64,000 nt of DNA. Origin: Anaerolineales bacterium (GTDB taxonomy: Bacteria; Chloroflexota; Anaerolineae; 4572-78; NAK82). The translations under genes were made by a program, and so were the position numbers. A model generated the notes under the pieces. The model was not told where the DNA came from. It searched no databases and saw nothing but the letters and a program-made list of their open reading frames with translations. The stretch lies in contig CP070811.1 of assembly GCA_020343875.1 (NCBI GenBank), positions 4,882,310 through 4,946,309 on the forward strand, written 5' to 3'. How positions within the stretch are numbered: the stretch's first letter is position 1; every line of letters starts with the position of its first letter. Below, one piece after another: positions 9,470-17,770 of the stretch.

Positions 9470-10054
9470 TCATTTGGCCTGACGAGTAATGGATGAAAGC
9501 CATGCTCGCGCTCCGCCAGTGTGTATACTGGATTCGAATCTGGCCTCTCGGATGTAGTTGATCTTCCATCCTTCCTGAAACGAAGAACGAATCTCCGCCC
9601 GTGATACACGTCTTGGCCCGCCTGGGCCGAGCTCCCGTTCACTGAAACAGAGCGCATAGTATGTTCCCCCTGGACGCAGCACATGTGCCAGGCTTTTGAC
9701 AAACAGAGGGCGCTCCTCATCCGAAAAGGTGTGGAATAGTCCAGAATCTATGACCGTGTCGAATGTCCGCCCCAGGCGCTGCAGCTCAGTTGCGTCGCCA
9801 ACCAGGAAATTTGCCGCCAGCCCGCGTTCTTGAGCTTTGGTCTTGGCCTTTTCTATGGCGGCGGGGGCCGAATCGACTCCCCAGGCCTCCTGGCCCAATT
9901 CGGCCAGGTAGAGCACATGCTCGCCTGTCCCGCACCCTACGTCAAGCACGCGCCCTCGGATTTCATTGGCCTCCGAAAGGCGCACAATTTCTGCCTGGGG
10001 GCGGCCGATGTCCCAAGGTGGCGTGCCCGCATAAGCCGAATTAAAAGAACTCAT
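9470..10054 (-). CDS. class I SAM-dependent methyltransferase
   Basis: 194 aa with motif I VLDVGCGTGEH and the following acidic loop. Confidence 0.85.
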   Translation of the reverse strand: MSSFNSAYAGTPPWDIGRPQAEIVRLSEANEIRGRVLDVGCGTGEHVLYLAELGQEAWGVDSAPAAIEKAKTKAQERGLAANFLVGDATELQRLGRTFDTVIDSGLFHTFSDEERPLFVKSLAHVLRPGGTYYALCFSERELGPGGPRRVSRAEIRSSFQEGWKINYIREARFESSIHTGGARAWLSSITRQAK

Positions 10055-11040
10055 AAATGGATTTCCTCATCATCTAGTTAACTCGAAATAAGTAATGCGC
10101 ACTTTTGGGCCTACCGATAGGGGAAAGAGCGGGCAAAACTTCTTTCGGCTTAATTAGTATGGAGTTGGTGCGCTCTTCCTTGTTGCAAGGACCTGGCTAC
10201 GCCCGGTGCCCCCTTGCTGATCTAAATTCTAGCCAGCCAGTCATCGCGCAGGCACGGCAGTTTCGCCAGGTCTGCCTGCGCGCTGTCAGGGCACGCAAAA
10301 CCAACCAGAAATTGTTGGCCCATTTATTTAAGACAACGCGCTGCGGCGATTTCTTACCTTGCCTGTGCCACATTGGGGGAAAGTCATCGGGCATGCCGGC
10401 TGGAGCACAGCCCATCCGCAACCGACCCTATCCCTGACACGCCGTCCTGGAAACGTGTTTTGAACCAAGCGCGGACTGGCGGAACCCGCAGAGTGAGGAA
10501 GCTAGATCGATCTGAGGCTGGTTGAAGGGTACTTCGAGCACGGTGAGGGGGCGGCTGCTGAGGAAATCCTGGCCTAGGCGGAGGCCCAGCTGGCAGGCGA
10601 GGAACGACAAGGCTTAAGGGTATGGGCCACGTGGATACGCATTGCGCTACACCACCAAGAACAGGGTAGCTGCCTATGAGGTGTAGATACGCAAGACCGG
10701 GGTCAGGCTCTCAGGTGGCCCGTCCTCCTGCCGGCCTAACTACCAACCGACACTTCTGCCCGAGCCAAACCAAAACGCAACCGACACAGGGTATACAGGC
10801 AAATACCCAACCCAATTGCGTTCGAGCGAGACAACCAACACGGAGGCTGAACAAAAGGATGAGGGGTGTGCATAGATGCCACTTCTGGGGAGTTAGATTG
10901 CCCCAAATCGTGGCTTAATTGGCCCCCCCTCGGCATAAAAGGATGCCGTGCTCGCGCCTCTTCCGCCCACAACTTGCGCAAGTCTAAACTATGCACACCC
11001 CTCAGACAGATAATCAAAGCCTACTGCTGGAGAGCCAGGG
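10055..11040. ncRNA. 986-bp ORF-poor region; candidate large structured RNA, or a decayed/non-autonomous element. Strand unknown.
   Basis: No ORF longer than 110 aa in any frame, and the translations are R/P/Q-rich nonsense. Several nested helices are present: 10593..10609 with 10718..10733, 10623..10629 with 10714..10720, 10774..10780 with 10816..10822 enclosing 10789..10794/10803..10808, and 10860..10875 with 10989..11004. Flanking genes are both on the minus strand. Confidence 0.3.
10860..11004. repeat. perfect 16-bp inverted repeat (TGAGGGGTGTGCATAG / CTATGCACACCCCTCA) closing a 113-nt interior with hairpins
   Basis: Read directly: 10860..10875 is the exact reverse complement of 10989..11004. 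Interior hairpins are GCCAC(10878..10882)/GTGGC(10910..10914) with an inner TGGGG/CCCCA, and CGGCAT(10931..10936)/ATGCCG(10943..10948). Confidence 0.9.
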
Positions 11041-11559
11041 CTAGCGGCGCAATGCCCGCCGCGTTCCCTGGAACGCCAGCGCAACTACCAAGAGCGCAGC
11101 CAGCGCAGCCGTTATGGTGAAGGTAGTACCAGGCAATGTGCCGGTCACAGGCAATAGGGCATTGCCGCCACCAACCTCAAAACCTACCCACCAGTAGTGT
11201 ATCAATCCACCGCCTTCGTTACGCTGTTCGGCACGGACCGCGTAACTCCCATCTGCCGTCCCCTCGGGGACGTTTATGGTGGTTGAGAAGGTGCCGTCAT
11301 CGGCCGGATCAGCCTCTACCTCCGCGATGGCTCCCTCGCCTGTATCGCCATTGGTCACGATCATCACCTTGACCGGCAATTCGGCCTTAGCCCCTTCGCC
11401 AGTCACAGAAATGTCGGTGCCAGGATCGCCGTTGATGGGGCTAATACTGATGCGCAGAGTCGTCTCCGTTTCGCCGCCAGCAACAGCTGTGGACGCAGGC
11501 AACAATAGCACAGCAGCCAGAGTAATCACGCTCACAAGTCGCAAGGACATAGCCAACAC
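11041..11559 (-). CDS. secreted cell-surface protein with C-terminal LPXTG sortase sorting signal
   Basis: 172 aa with an N-terminal signal peptide. The C-terminus is LPVTG, then a hydrophobic stretch, then an RRALRR tail. Confidence 0.75.
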   Translation of the reverse strand: MLAMSLRLVSVITLAAVLLLPASTAVAGGETETTLRISISPINGDPGTDISVTGEGAKAELPVKVMIVTNGDTGEGAIAEVEADPADDGTFSTTINVPEGTADGSYAVRAEQRNEGGGLIHYWWVGFEVGGGNALLPVTGTLPGTTFTITAALAALLVVALAFQGTRRALRR

Positions 11560-11776
11560 CTCCTGTTACTGGAGCACATTCTAATTATGGAAACTGATTA
11601 TGTCCACGGCTATTATACCTTGAATTGGTTTATATGTCAAGTTTGATTTTTATGTCTAGAAATCGCCTCAACAAGGGGGTAAGGTGCCCTGCTGCCTTTT
11701 CACTTTGGGGGCATGAATGCGTCAGGGGCGATCACGTGAGGGTGCATGGAGATAGTGGGATTATCTGTGGGCGAAG

Positions 11777-12967
11777 CTATCGGATGGCGAACACTTGGAT
11801 TGCCTCACCCACCAACGCCAGGCGTTGTGGTGAGGCCGATCCGTCGGCCGGAACGCGCCAGATTCCAGCCGCCGACTGGCCCGGCGTACTGTGGCGCACA
11901 AAGACGAGGATTGCACCGTCGGGCGTCCAATCTGGGCTGCTTTCGACGTACTGGTCCGCAGTGGTGAGGGCGCGAGCCTCCCCGGTTTCCACGTTGACGA
12001 TTTCAAGGACCGTGTCGCTGCCGCGTAACGCAACATAAGCAACCTGGCTTGCCTGCGGAGACCAAGTTACCTGCGCTACCGGGAAATCAGCCAGCAACCT
12101 ATGCTCGCTGCCATCGGCTTTGACCAGCCACAGACGATTGGACTCGTCCTGGTAGGTCAAGCTCTGTCCATCAGGGGACCAAGCGTGGTTGGTTGGGCTA
12201 GTTCCAGCCCCTATCTGAACAGGGCTGCCTCCTGACACGTAAAAGGCAAAGGAGGGTTCACCGAAATCCACCAGAAAGCGAGTGCTATCAGGAGACCAGG
12301 CGATTATATCAGGGCACAAACCTCGTTCCGTTGATTCGGGAGCGGTAGTTCCCAGCGTACGCCAGCCGGTACCATCTGATTGGATCAAGATCACGTTGAA
12401 AACATCGGGATCGCTTGTGGTCTCCAAGAATGCAATGTATTTGCCATCAGGAGACCAGGTGGGGAACAGATAACGCCGCCCGCCGACTGCCAGGGCCTGA
12501 GGTGGCTGAGACAAGTCGAGCCATTGAGCATAAACATCATCATTTAGCGTATATACCACGCCGCTGCTATCCGGGAACCAAGAAACTGACCCAGCTATGG
12601 CGTCGCTCACCATGCTCGGCGCGCCCCCCGCAGTGGCTGTTACCCACAGACCATCCTCGGCTTGTCGGAAGGCTATCCATTGACCGTCGGGGGAGACGTA
12701 ATACGGGGCACATTCAGTCGGTTCCAGGTCGCGGGCCAGCAGAGTGACGCTGGTGCCATCCGTATGCATCATATTCAGGCTCTTGCCATCCAAATAGGCT
12801 ATTCGGACTGCTGAGGGTGGTGGGGTGGTTTCATACTGGGGGACCTGCGGCGCCTGACAGCCAACTGCCAGCAGAGCAACCGCCAGACTCGGCCAGAAGG
12901 ACCAAATCAAAGAACGCCTCAAGTTGTTTGAGAGCCTCTGCAAACCCCATATATAGGCTTTTGGCAT
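11777..12967 (-). CDS. TolB-like/PD40 (WD40-like) beta-propeller lipoprotein
   Basis: Repeated WSPDG/WTPDG/VSPDG motifs. I trimmed the track ORF (to 13072) to Met36, which gives a lipoprotein signal (LLAVGC). Confidence 0.8.
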   Translation of the reverse strand: MPKAYIWGLQRLSNNLRRSLIWSFWPSLAVALLAVGCQAPQVPQYETTPPPSAVRIAYLDGKSLNMMHTDGTSVTLLARDLEPTECAPYYVSPDGQWIAFRQAEDGLWVTATAGGAPSMVSDAIAGSVSWFPDSSGVVYTLNDDVYAQWLDLSQPPQALAVGGRRYLFPTWSPDGKYIAFLETTSDPDVFNVILIQSDGTGWRTLGTTAPESTERGLCPDIIAWSPDSTRFLVDFGEPSFAFYVSGGSPVQIGAGTSPTNHAWSPDGQSLTYQDESNRLWLVKADGSEHRLLADFPVAQVTWSPQASQVAYVALRGSDTVLEIVNVETGEARALTTADQYVESSPDWTPDGAILVFVRHSTPGQSAAGIWRVPADGSASPQRLALVGEAIQVFAIR

Positions 12968-13073
12968 TGCTCGCTGCCCCAGCAGCCAAGTGGTCAAAAC
13001 TCGATAAAGCTTGACGAGCGGGGCATAAACCAACTCGCAGGCGTCCTCTTGATTCGTTGTTGAAGCTGACAAG

Positions 13074-13208
13074 TTATGTTACCGTGTGATCCGTTTCTTC
13101 TTCATCCAGTGAGAGTTTGCCGATCGTGCGTACGACGCCACGCTGCCACTGAGCATATGCTACCCCGATTAACATCAGCAGCAGCACTGATACCAGCAAG
13201 AACTCCAT
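13074..13208 (-). CDS. possible 44-aa small membrane protein (below the ORF-track cutoff)
   Basis: My own translation: MEFLLVSVLLLMLIGVAYAQWQRGVVRTIGKLSLDEEETDHTVT. It has one TM helix and an acidic tail. AAGGAG/GAAGAGGG lies upstream. It sits between the HK and the TolB-like gene on the same strand. Confidence 0.3.
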   Translation of the reverse strand: MEFLLVSVLLLMLIGVAYAQWQRGVVRTIGKLSLDEEETDHTVT

Positions 13209-13373
13209 AGCCCTCTTCTACTCCTTACCAGAGATATTGTGGGTGGTGCGACAAACCACATCCCAGTATAACCCAACGTCGTTCTGCTTGCATCAGTTAA
13301 GCTGCCTATTCTTGACCGGGCATGGCCTACGCTATTGCGCGTAGATTTGTCATAATGGATGGACTTTGGGGCA

Positions 13374-15176
13374 TTATCTAGCGGATTCAAAAACACTAAA
13401 CTGGGAGAGCCGCAGATTGCGAGGCAGAACTACCCGTACTGTAGTACCCTGGCCCACCAGCGAGATGAGTTCCATCTTTCCTCCAAACAGCTGCGCCCGC
13501 TCTCTGAGCCCCATCAAACCCAGGCTACCTTTGCTGACAAGTTCAGTGGCTTCTTCAGGCATGGTAAAGCCAACCCCGTCATCTTGAATGGTGATGACGA
13601 CTTGCTGAGGAAGAAATTGAGCATGCACCTGCGCATGTGATGCCTGAGCGTGCTTACGAACATTGGTAAGAGCCTCCTGAACAATGCGGTAGATAGCCAC
13701 TTCCATACCGGGCGGCAACTCCTCAGGCACACCTTCCACACTTAGCTTAACATCAATTGTATCCCGCTGAGTGATTTCGTTGGTCAGATGTTGCAAGGCA
13801 GGTACCATGCCCAAATCTTCCAGAACGGTGGGGCGCAGGTCGCGACTGAACTGGCGCACGTTGTCAATGGTGTGGGTGACCATTTTGCGCAGCTCGCGTA
13901 GTTTCTCCCGGGCTACTTCGGGATTCTCGGCGATTGCTTCACGGGCCAACTCCACCCGCTGACCAATGGCAATCAGGGACTGAACAGTATCGTCGTGCAG
14001 GTCACGAGCAACGCGCTTGCGTTCTTCCTCCTGAATATAGGTGATGGCGGCCACATATTGGCGCAAGCCAGCCTGGTAGCGAGCAATCTGCTCCACCATT
14101 TGATTAAAATCGCTGGCCAGATCACGCAATTCACGGATATTGCTGGGAATGACCTGCGCCGCGTAGTTTCCAGCGGCGACTATCCGGGAACGAGCAGCCA
14201 GCTCAGCAATGGGCCGGATCACCCGCTGAACCCCCCGCGAGACGATGGCAGCAACCAGCCCCACCCCGATCAGCAAAGCCAAGATAATCGGTCGCAAGGA
14301 AATGCGAGCAGGGGCTACGACATCAGACCAAGGCTCTTGTATCACCAAACCCCAACCGGTCACATCAACAATCGCATAACCAACCACCTGGCGCGCCTTG
14401 CCTGGCTCTTGGGTGATGATCGCTCCCTCCCGTTCACCTCGCATGAGGTTGAACACGGAAACACGCTGAGCGAAGTCGGCGCTGATGAGTGAATAGTCGG
14501 GGTGATAGATGACGCGTCCGTTCCGGTCGATGAGGTAAGCCTCGCCTGCATCGCTGACTTGTAGCTTCTGGATCTCTTCGCCAATACGTTGAAAGCGCAC
14601 ATAGAAGCGGCCGACCAGTATGCCTAGAAAGATATCATCCTTTGAAATGATGGGTACAGCTACCACGATGATATCTTCACCTGATCCTGATTCCTGGATA
14701 ATGTCGGAGAAGGTGAACGAGCGAAGGGCACGAGTATTCTGGAAGTAAGATCGGGTCGAAAAGTCCTGGCCCTGAAGGTCGGGACGGTATGGTTCTGTAA
14801 CCGTCACGATGCCTTCAGCGTTGAGGATCAGGGTGCCGCCATCGAAGTCATTAAGCAAGTTGCGGGCCTGGTTAAGCGCATTCTTCTGCGCGGCCGGGTC
14901 GCCGCTGCGGACCAGATCCAGGTTTGAAAGGGTGGTCAACACCCGTACGAAGCCACCCATATTCTCCGATAGGCGGTCGGCCGACACACGGGCCAGTTCC
15001 TGATCGCGACTGCGAGCCAGCTCTTCAGCTACTTGCTGGTAGGCATAGAATACCGAGCCCACGGCCAAGGCCAACATAATAGCCAGGGGTAGAATGGTGA
15101 ACAGCAGGGCCTGCACACGCAGGCTGCCCCAACGATCGAAAAGGCTGCCCCAGAATTTGGACGGTGCGTTGGACAT
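13374..15176 (-). CDS. sensor histidine kinase (NarL-partner type): TM, Cache-like periplasmic domain, TM, HAMP, HisKA_3, HATPase_c
   Basis: 600 aa. H-box ERKRVARDLHDDTVQSL. C-terminal N/G boxes (EALTNVRKHA, DDGVGF, GLMGLRERA). Confidence 0.9.
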   Translation of the reverse strand: MSNAPSKFWGSLFDRWGSLRVQALLFTILPLAIMLALAVGSVFYAYQQVAEELARSRDQELARVSADRLSENMGGFVRVLTTLSNLDLVRSGDPAAQKNALNQARNLLNDFDGGTLILNAEGIVTVTEPYRPDLQGQDFSTRSYFQNTRALRSFTFSDIIQESGSGEDIIVVAVPIISKDDIFLGILVGRFYVRFQRIGEEIQKLQVSDAGEAYLIDRNGRVIYHPDYSLISADFAQRVSVFNLMRGEREGAIITQEPGKARQVVGYAIVDVTGWGLVIQEPWSDVVAPARISLRPIILALLIGVGLVAAIVSRGVQRVIRPIAELAARSRIVAAGNYAAQVIPSNIRELRDLASDFNQMVEQIARYQAGLRQYVAAITYIQEEERKRVARDLHDDTVQSLIAIGQRVELAREAIAENPEVAREKLRELRKMVTHTIDNVRQFSRDLRPTVLEDLGMVPALQHLTNEITQRDTIDVKLSVEGVPEELPPGMEVAIYRIVQEALTNVRKHAQASHAQVHAQFLPQQVVITIQDDGVGFTMPEEATELVSKGSLGLMGLRERAQLFGGKMELISLVGQGTTVRVVLPRNLRLSQFSVFESAR

Positions 15177-15273
15177 TCAGTACCTTCGACGTTTCGATTT
15201 AGGGTGGCCATGCCGCCCTGCTAGCGTTCCAGCCACTCCAGAAATCCGAGATGCAAGCCTGTGCAATACGAGT

Positions 15274-16635
15274 TCACGGTCGATCTTCCGAGCGCGCCTT
15301 GAACTGGTCGGCTTGCTCTTGGGCTGCGTGTAGCGCGTCAGCCGGGTCAGCACCGTAAAAGGCAGCCTTAACGGCGTCAGCAAAAGCGCGTTCCACCTCG
15401 GGGAATGCATCCAAACGATACGGTCGTGCAGCATCAAGTTGAAACAAGAAGGGCTTGAGCAAGGGATTGCCCGCAAAATGCGGTGTGCTTTGCAGCCAAG
15501 CACGAGCCGGGTAATGTCCCAGGCGACGAGCCATGGGCAGCGCATAGCGATCACTGGTGGCCCATTTCATGAATTCAAAGGCAGTTTGGCGGTGCCGGGC
15601 GCCCCGTGGGATAAAAAGAGCCGTGCTACCCAGCGCCGAGGCCGCTCCTGCGCCAGCCGGAGTTTCGGGCAACTCCGTCACTGCCAGCGGGAAGTCGGGA
15701 GCCTGGCTTTGAATATAATGAATATCCCAGGGGGTGCCAAAGAACATGCTAATCTGACCCTTCAAAAAGAGTTTGCGCGGATCTTCATAATCACGGGGAC
15801 GCGAAGTCGGCAGTGGCCCGTAGCCATTGCGAGCCATAGAAGTCAGAAAACGAAGGGCCTCAATATTGTTTGGGTCATCCAAGGTAAAGTTGTACCCGAT
15901 AAAGGCATCCCCCACCAGCAAGTCTCCACCAGCCTCGGCCAGCCAAGCAAACACATACCACGGTTCAACCGTGAAGCCCAGTCCATACCTTGATCCATCA
16001 CCGCGAGTGAGGGTAACCGCGTCTTGCGCGAATTGCTGCCAGGTGTAGCCAGCGTCAGGATACGGAAGGTTGGCTTCTTCAAAGTGGGCCTTGTTGTAAA
16101 TCAACACCAGAGTGTAGATGTCCAGAGGAACACCATATTTCACGCCATCCCATGTCACTTCGTCCATTGCCTGCGACATGAACTCAGCTTCGGCATCCCA
16201 TTCTGCCCACAGATCATCGAGGGGCTCAGCGACTCCTTGCGCCGCCATAGCAAAGGCGTGTCCCTGAACCAAATCTGGAGGATTGCCTACTTGGAGGGCG
16301 GCTTGTACTTTGCCAGGTATTGTCTCGCGCACAAACGCCTGAATATTCACGTCGACGTTGGGATAGGCGCGCTCGAAGTCAGTGGCCATTTCACGGAACA
16401 GAGGGTCACCTGCCACAAAATCAAGATCTAGCCACACATCTAGGGTGATAGGTTCGGACGAGATAGCCGGGTTGGGCGGAGGGGCATCACCCGGGACCTC
16501 CCCGTCGGAAGCACTCCGATCCTGTGCACACCCCGCTACTAGCAGGGCAATAGCCAACAGAAGAGCACCCAGCCGATGGCGGAGCAAGTGTGGACACCCA
16601 GGGTGTATCACTTTCCTTCTCCGGCTGAGATCCAA
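15274..16635 (-). CDS. ABC-type extracellular solute-binding protein (family 1, sugar-type) lipoprotein
   Basis: 453 aa with lipobox LLVAGC and typical SBP_bac_1 length and composition. It overlaps the upstream response-regulator gene by 28 nt. Confidence 0.85.
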   Translation of the reverse strand: MDLSRRRKVIHPGCPHLLRHRLGALLLAIALLVAGCAQDRSASDGEVPGDAPPPNPAISSEPITLDVWLDLDFVAGDPLFREMATDFERAYPNVDVNIQAFVRETIPGKVQAALQVGNPPDLVQGHAFAMAAQGVAEPLDDLWAEWDAEAEFMSQAMDEVTWDGVKYGVPLDIYTLVLIYNKAHFEEANLPYPDAGYTWQQFAQDAVTLTRGDGSRYGLGFTVEPWYVFAWLAEAGGDLLVGDAFIGYNFTLDDPNNIEALRFLTSMARNGYGPLPTSRPRDYEDPRKLFLKGQISMFFGTPWDIHYIQSQAPDFPLAVTELPETPAGAGAASALGSTALFIPRGARHRQTAFEFMKWATSDRYALPMARRLGHYPARAWLQSTPHFAGNPLLKPFLFQLDAARPYRLDAFPEVERAFADAVKAAFYGADPADALHAAQEQADQFKARSEDRP

Positions 16636-17285
16636 CCCCGCCGGACCGCATGCATGACCGCTTCGGTACGAGAGCCAACACCCAACTTGGAAAAGATGTT
16701 CGACAGATGAGCCTGCACTGTGCGATCACTTATGTAAATCTGTTGGCCAATCTCCTTGTTAGTCAGTCCTTTGCCCACCAGCCTCAGAATCTCCAACTCC
16801 CGCTCCGTGAGCCCGTCATATTCGTCTTTGACCCCGGCCAGGGCATCGGGTAGAGGCCGCCCGCTGGCAAACTGAGCGACGACCTTGCCAGCCACCGATG
16901 GGTCCAACGTCGACTGCCCGGCCGCCACCGTACGGATGGCTTTAACCAGCTCCTCCATTTCAGCCGTCTTTAGCAAATAACCGTTGGCACCGGCTTGGAG
17001 CAGTGCGAAGACATACTCGTCGTCATCGTGGGCGGTCAGCACCAACACCGCCACTTCTGGGGCTTCCGCCTTGATGCGACGAGTTGCCTCCACGCCTGAC
17101 AACTTGGGCATCCGAACGTCCATAACCACCAGATCTGGCCTGAGCTCCTTGGCCAACTGTACGGCTTCCTCCCCATCGGCAGCCTCGCCAACGACACGCA
17201 GATCAGGTTGGCGTTCCAGCAATTGGCGAGTGCCAGCTCGGACCACGGCATGGTCGTCAGCCAGAATAAGGCTTATGGTGTTCAT
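16608..17285 (-). CDS. two-component response regulator, NarL/LuxR family (REC + HTH)
   Basis: 225 aa. REC motifs (LILADDH, DLVVMDVRMP, LTAHDD) and a LuxR HTH (LTERELEILRLVGKGLTNKEIGQQIYISDRTVQAH). Confidence 0.9.
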   Translation of the reverse strand: MNTISLILADDHAVVRAGTRQLLERQPDLRVVGEAADGEEAVQLAKELRPDLVVMDVRMPKLSGVEATRRIKAEAPEVAVLVLTAHDDDEYVFALLQAGANGYLLKTAEMEELVKAIRTVAAGQSTLDPSVAGKVVAQFASGRPLPDALAGVKDEYDGLTERELEILRLVGKGLTNKEIGQQIYISDRTVQAHLSNIFSKLGVGSRTEAVMHAVRRGWISAGEGK

Positions 17286-17395
17286 GCATTTGCTCCTGTA
17301 ACACTGTCAGAAAGCCCGTCCGGGTTACCCACAACCGCACAAAGATAAGCAGCAAGATTGTGTGTTCAGTCTACCTTGTGTGGATTCAGTATTCC

Positions 17396-17424
17396 ATTAT
17401 ACCAGCGATGGAGAGGTGTGACAA
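17396..17424 (-). promoter_or_regulatory. sigma70-type promoter for the RR-SBP-HK operon: TTGTCA-N17-TATAAT with an extended -10 TG
   Basis: Minus-strand read: TTGTCA cacctctccatcgctgg TATAAT. About 100 nt upstream of the RR start. Back-to-back with the plus-strand promoter, with the two -35 hexamers 6 bp apart. Confidence 0.6.
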
Positions 17425-17430
17425 AGATCA

Positions 17431-17459
17431 TTGACATGACACAACCTTGGTGATATAAT
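17431..17459 (+). promoter_or_regulatory. perfect consensus sigma70 promoter TTGACA-N17-TATAAT
   Basis: TTGACA at 17431..17436, a 17-nt spacer, TATAAT at 17454..17459. The next plus-strand gene starts at 17771, giving a ~305-nt leader. Confidence 0.75.
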
Positions 17460-17770
17460 TACCAAGTAGACATATTGCTTCCCATTTTCTCCAACCTTAA
17501 AAGCACCATTATCGCCTCGAACGACAACACCACCCCACCATATCCATTTCTTGATGACGAGAGGGGACTACCACGCCAGGGCCCACAGCCGATGCGTGCC
17601 TGCTGGCAAGCTGCGCTGATCTGGAGGTGGGCCTCCTGGAGAATGCGTTGCCCTTTCTCGGCTGCCCCTACCACCAAGGGTGGTTCGACATACATTCCGT
17701 CTTTCGGGAATTGATGGCAGATATGGCAGCGCCAATCTATGCCAGATGATGCCCGGACAACAGTGTAACC

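Noticed and set aside
9525-9545. GGATTCGAATC, a tRNA T-arm-like string
   Set aside because: It lies inside the methyltransferase CDS. The flanking bases cannot form a T stem or the rest of a cloverleaf. I found no tRNA anywhere in the window.
10370-10400. GGGGGAAAGTCATCGGGC, which resembles the RNase P RNA CR-I box (GAGGAAAGTCCGGGC)
   Set aside because: The other conserved RNase P regions (GGTAAGGGTGAAA and ACAGAANCCGGCTTA in the correct order) are absent on either strand. This is a single 8-nt match interrupted by an insertion.
10860-11004. Calling the 16-bp-TIR element a MITE (mobile_element)
   Set aside because: There is no target-site duplication and no second copy within the window. 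It is kept as a repeat or structured-element observation, with MITE as an alternative hypothesis.
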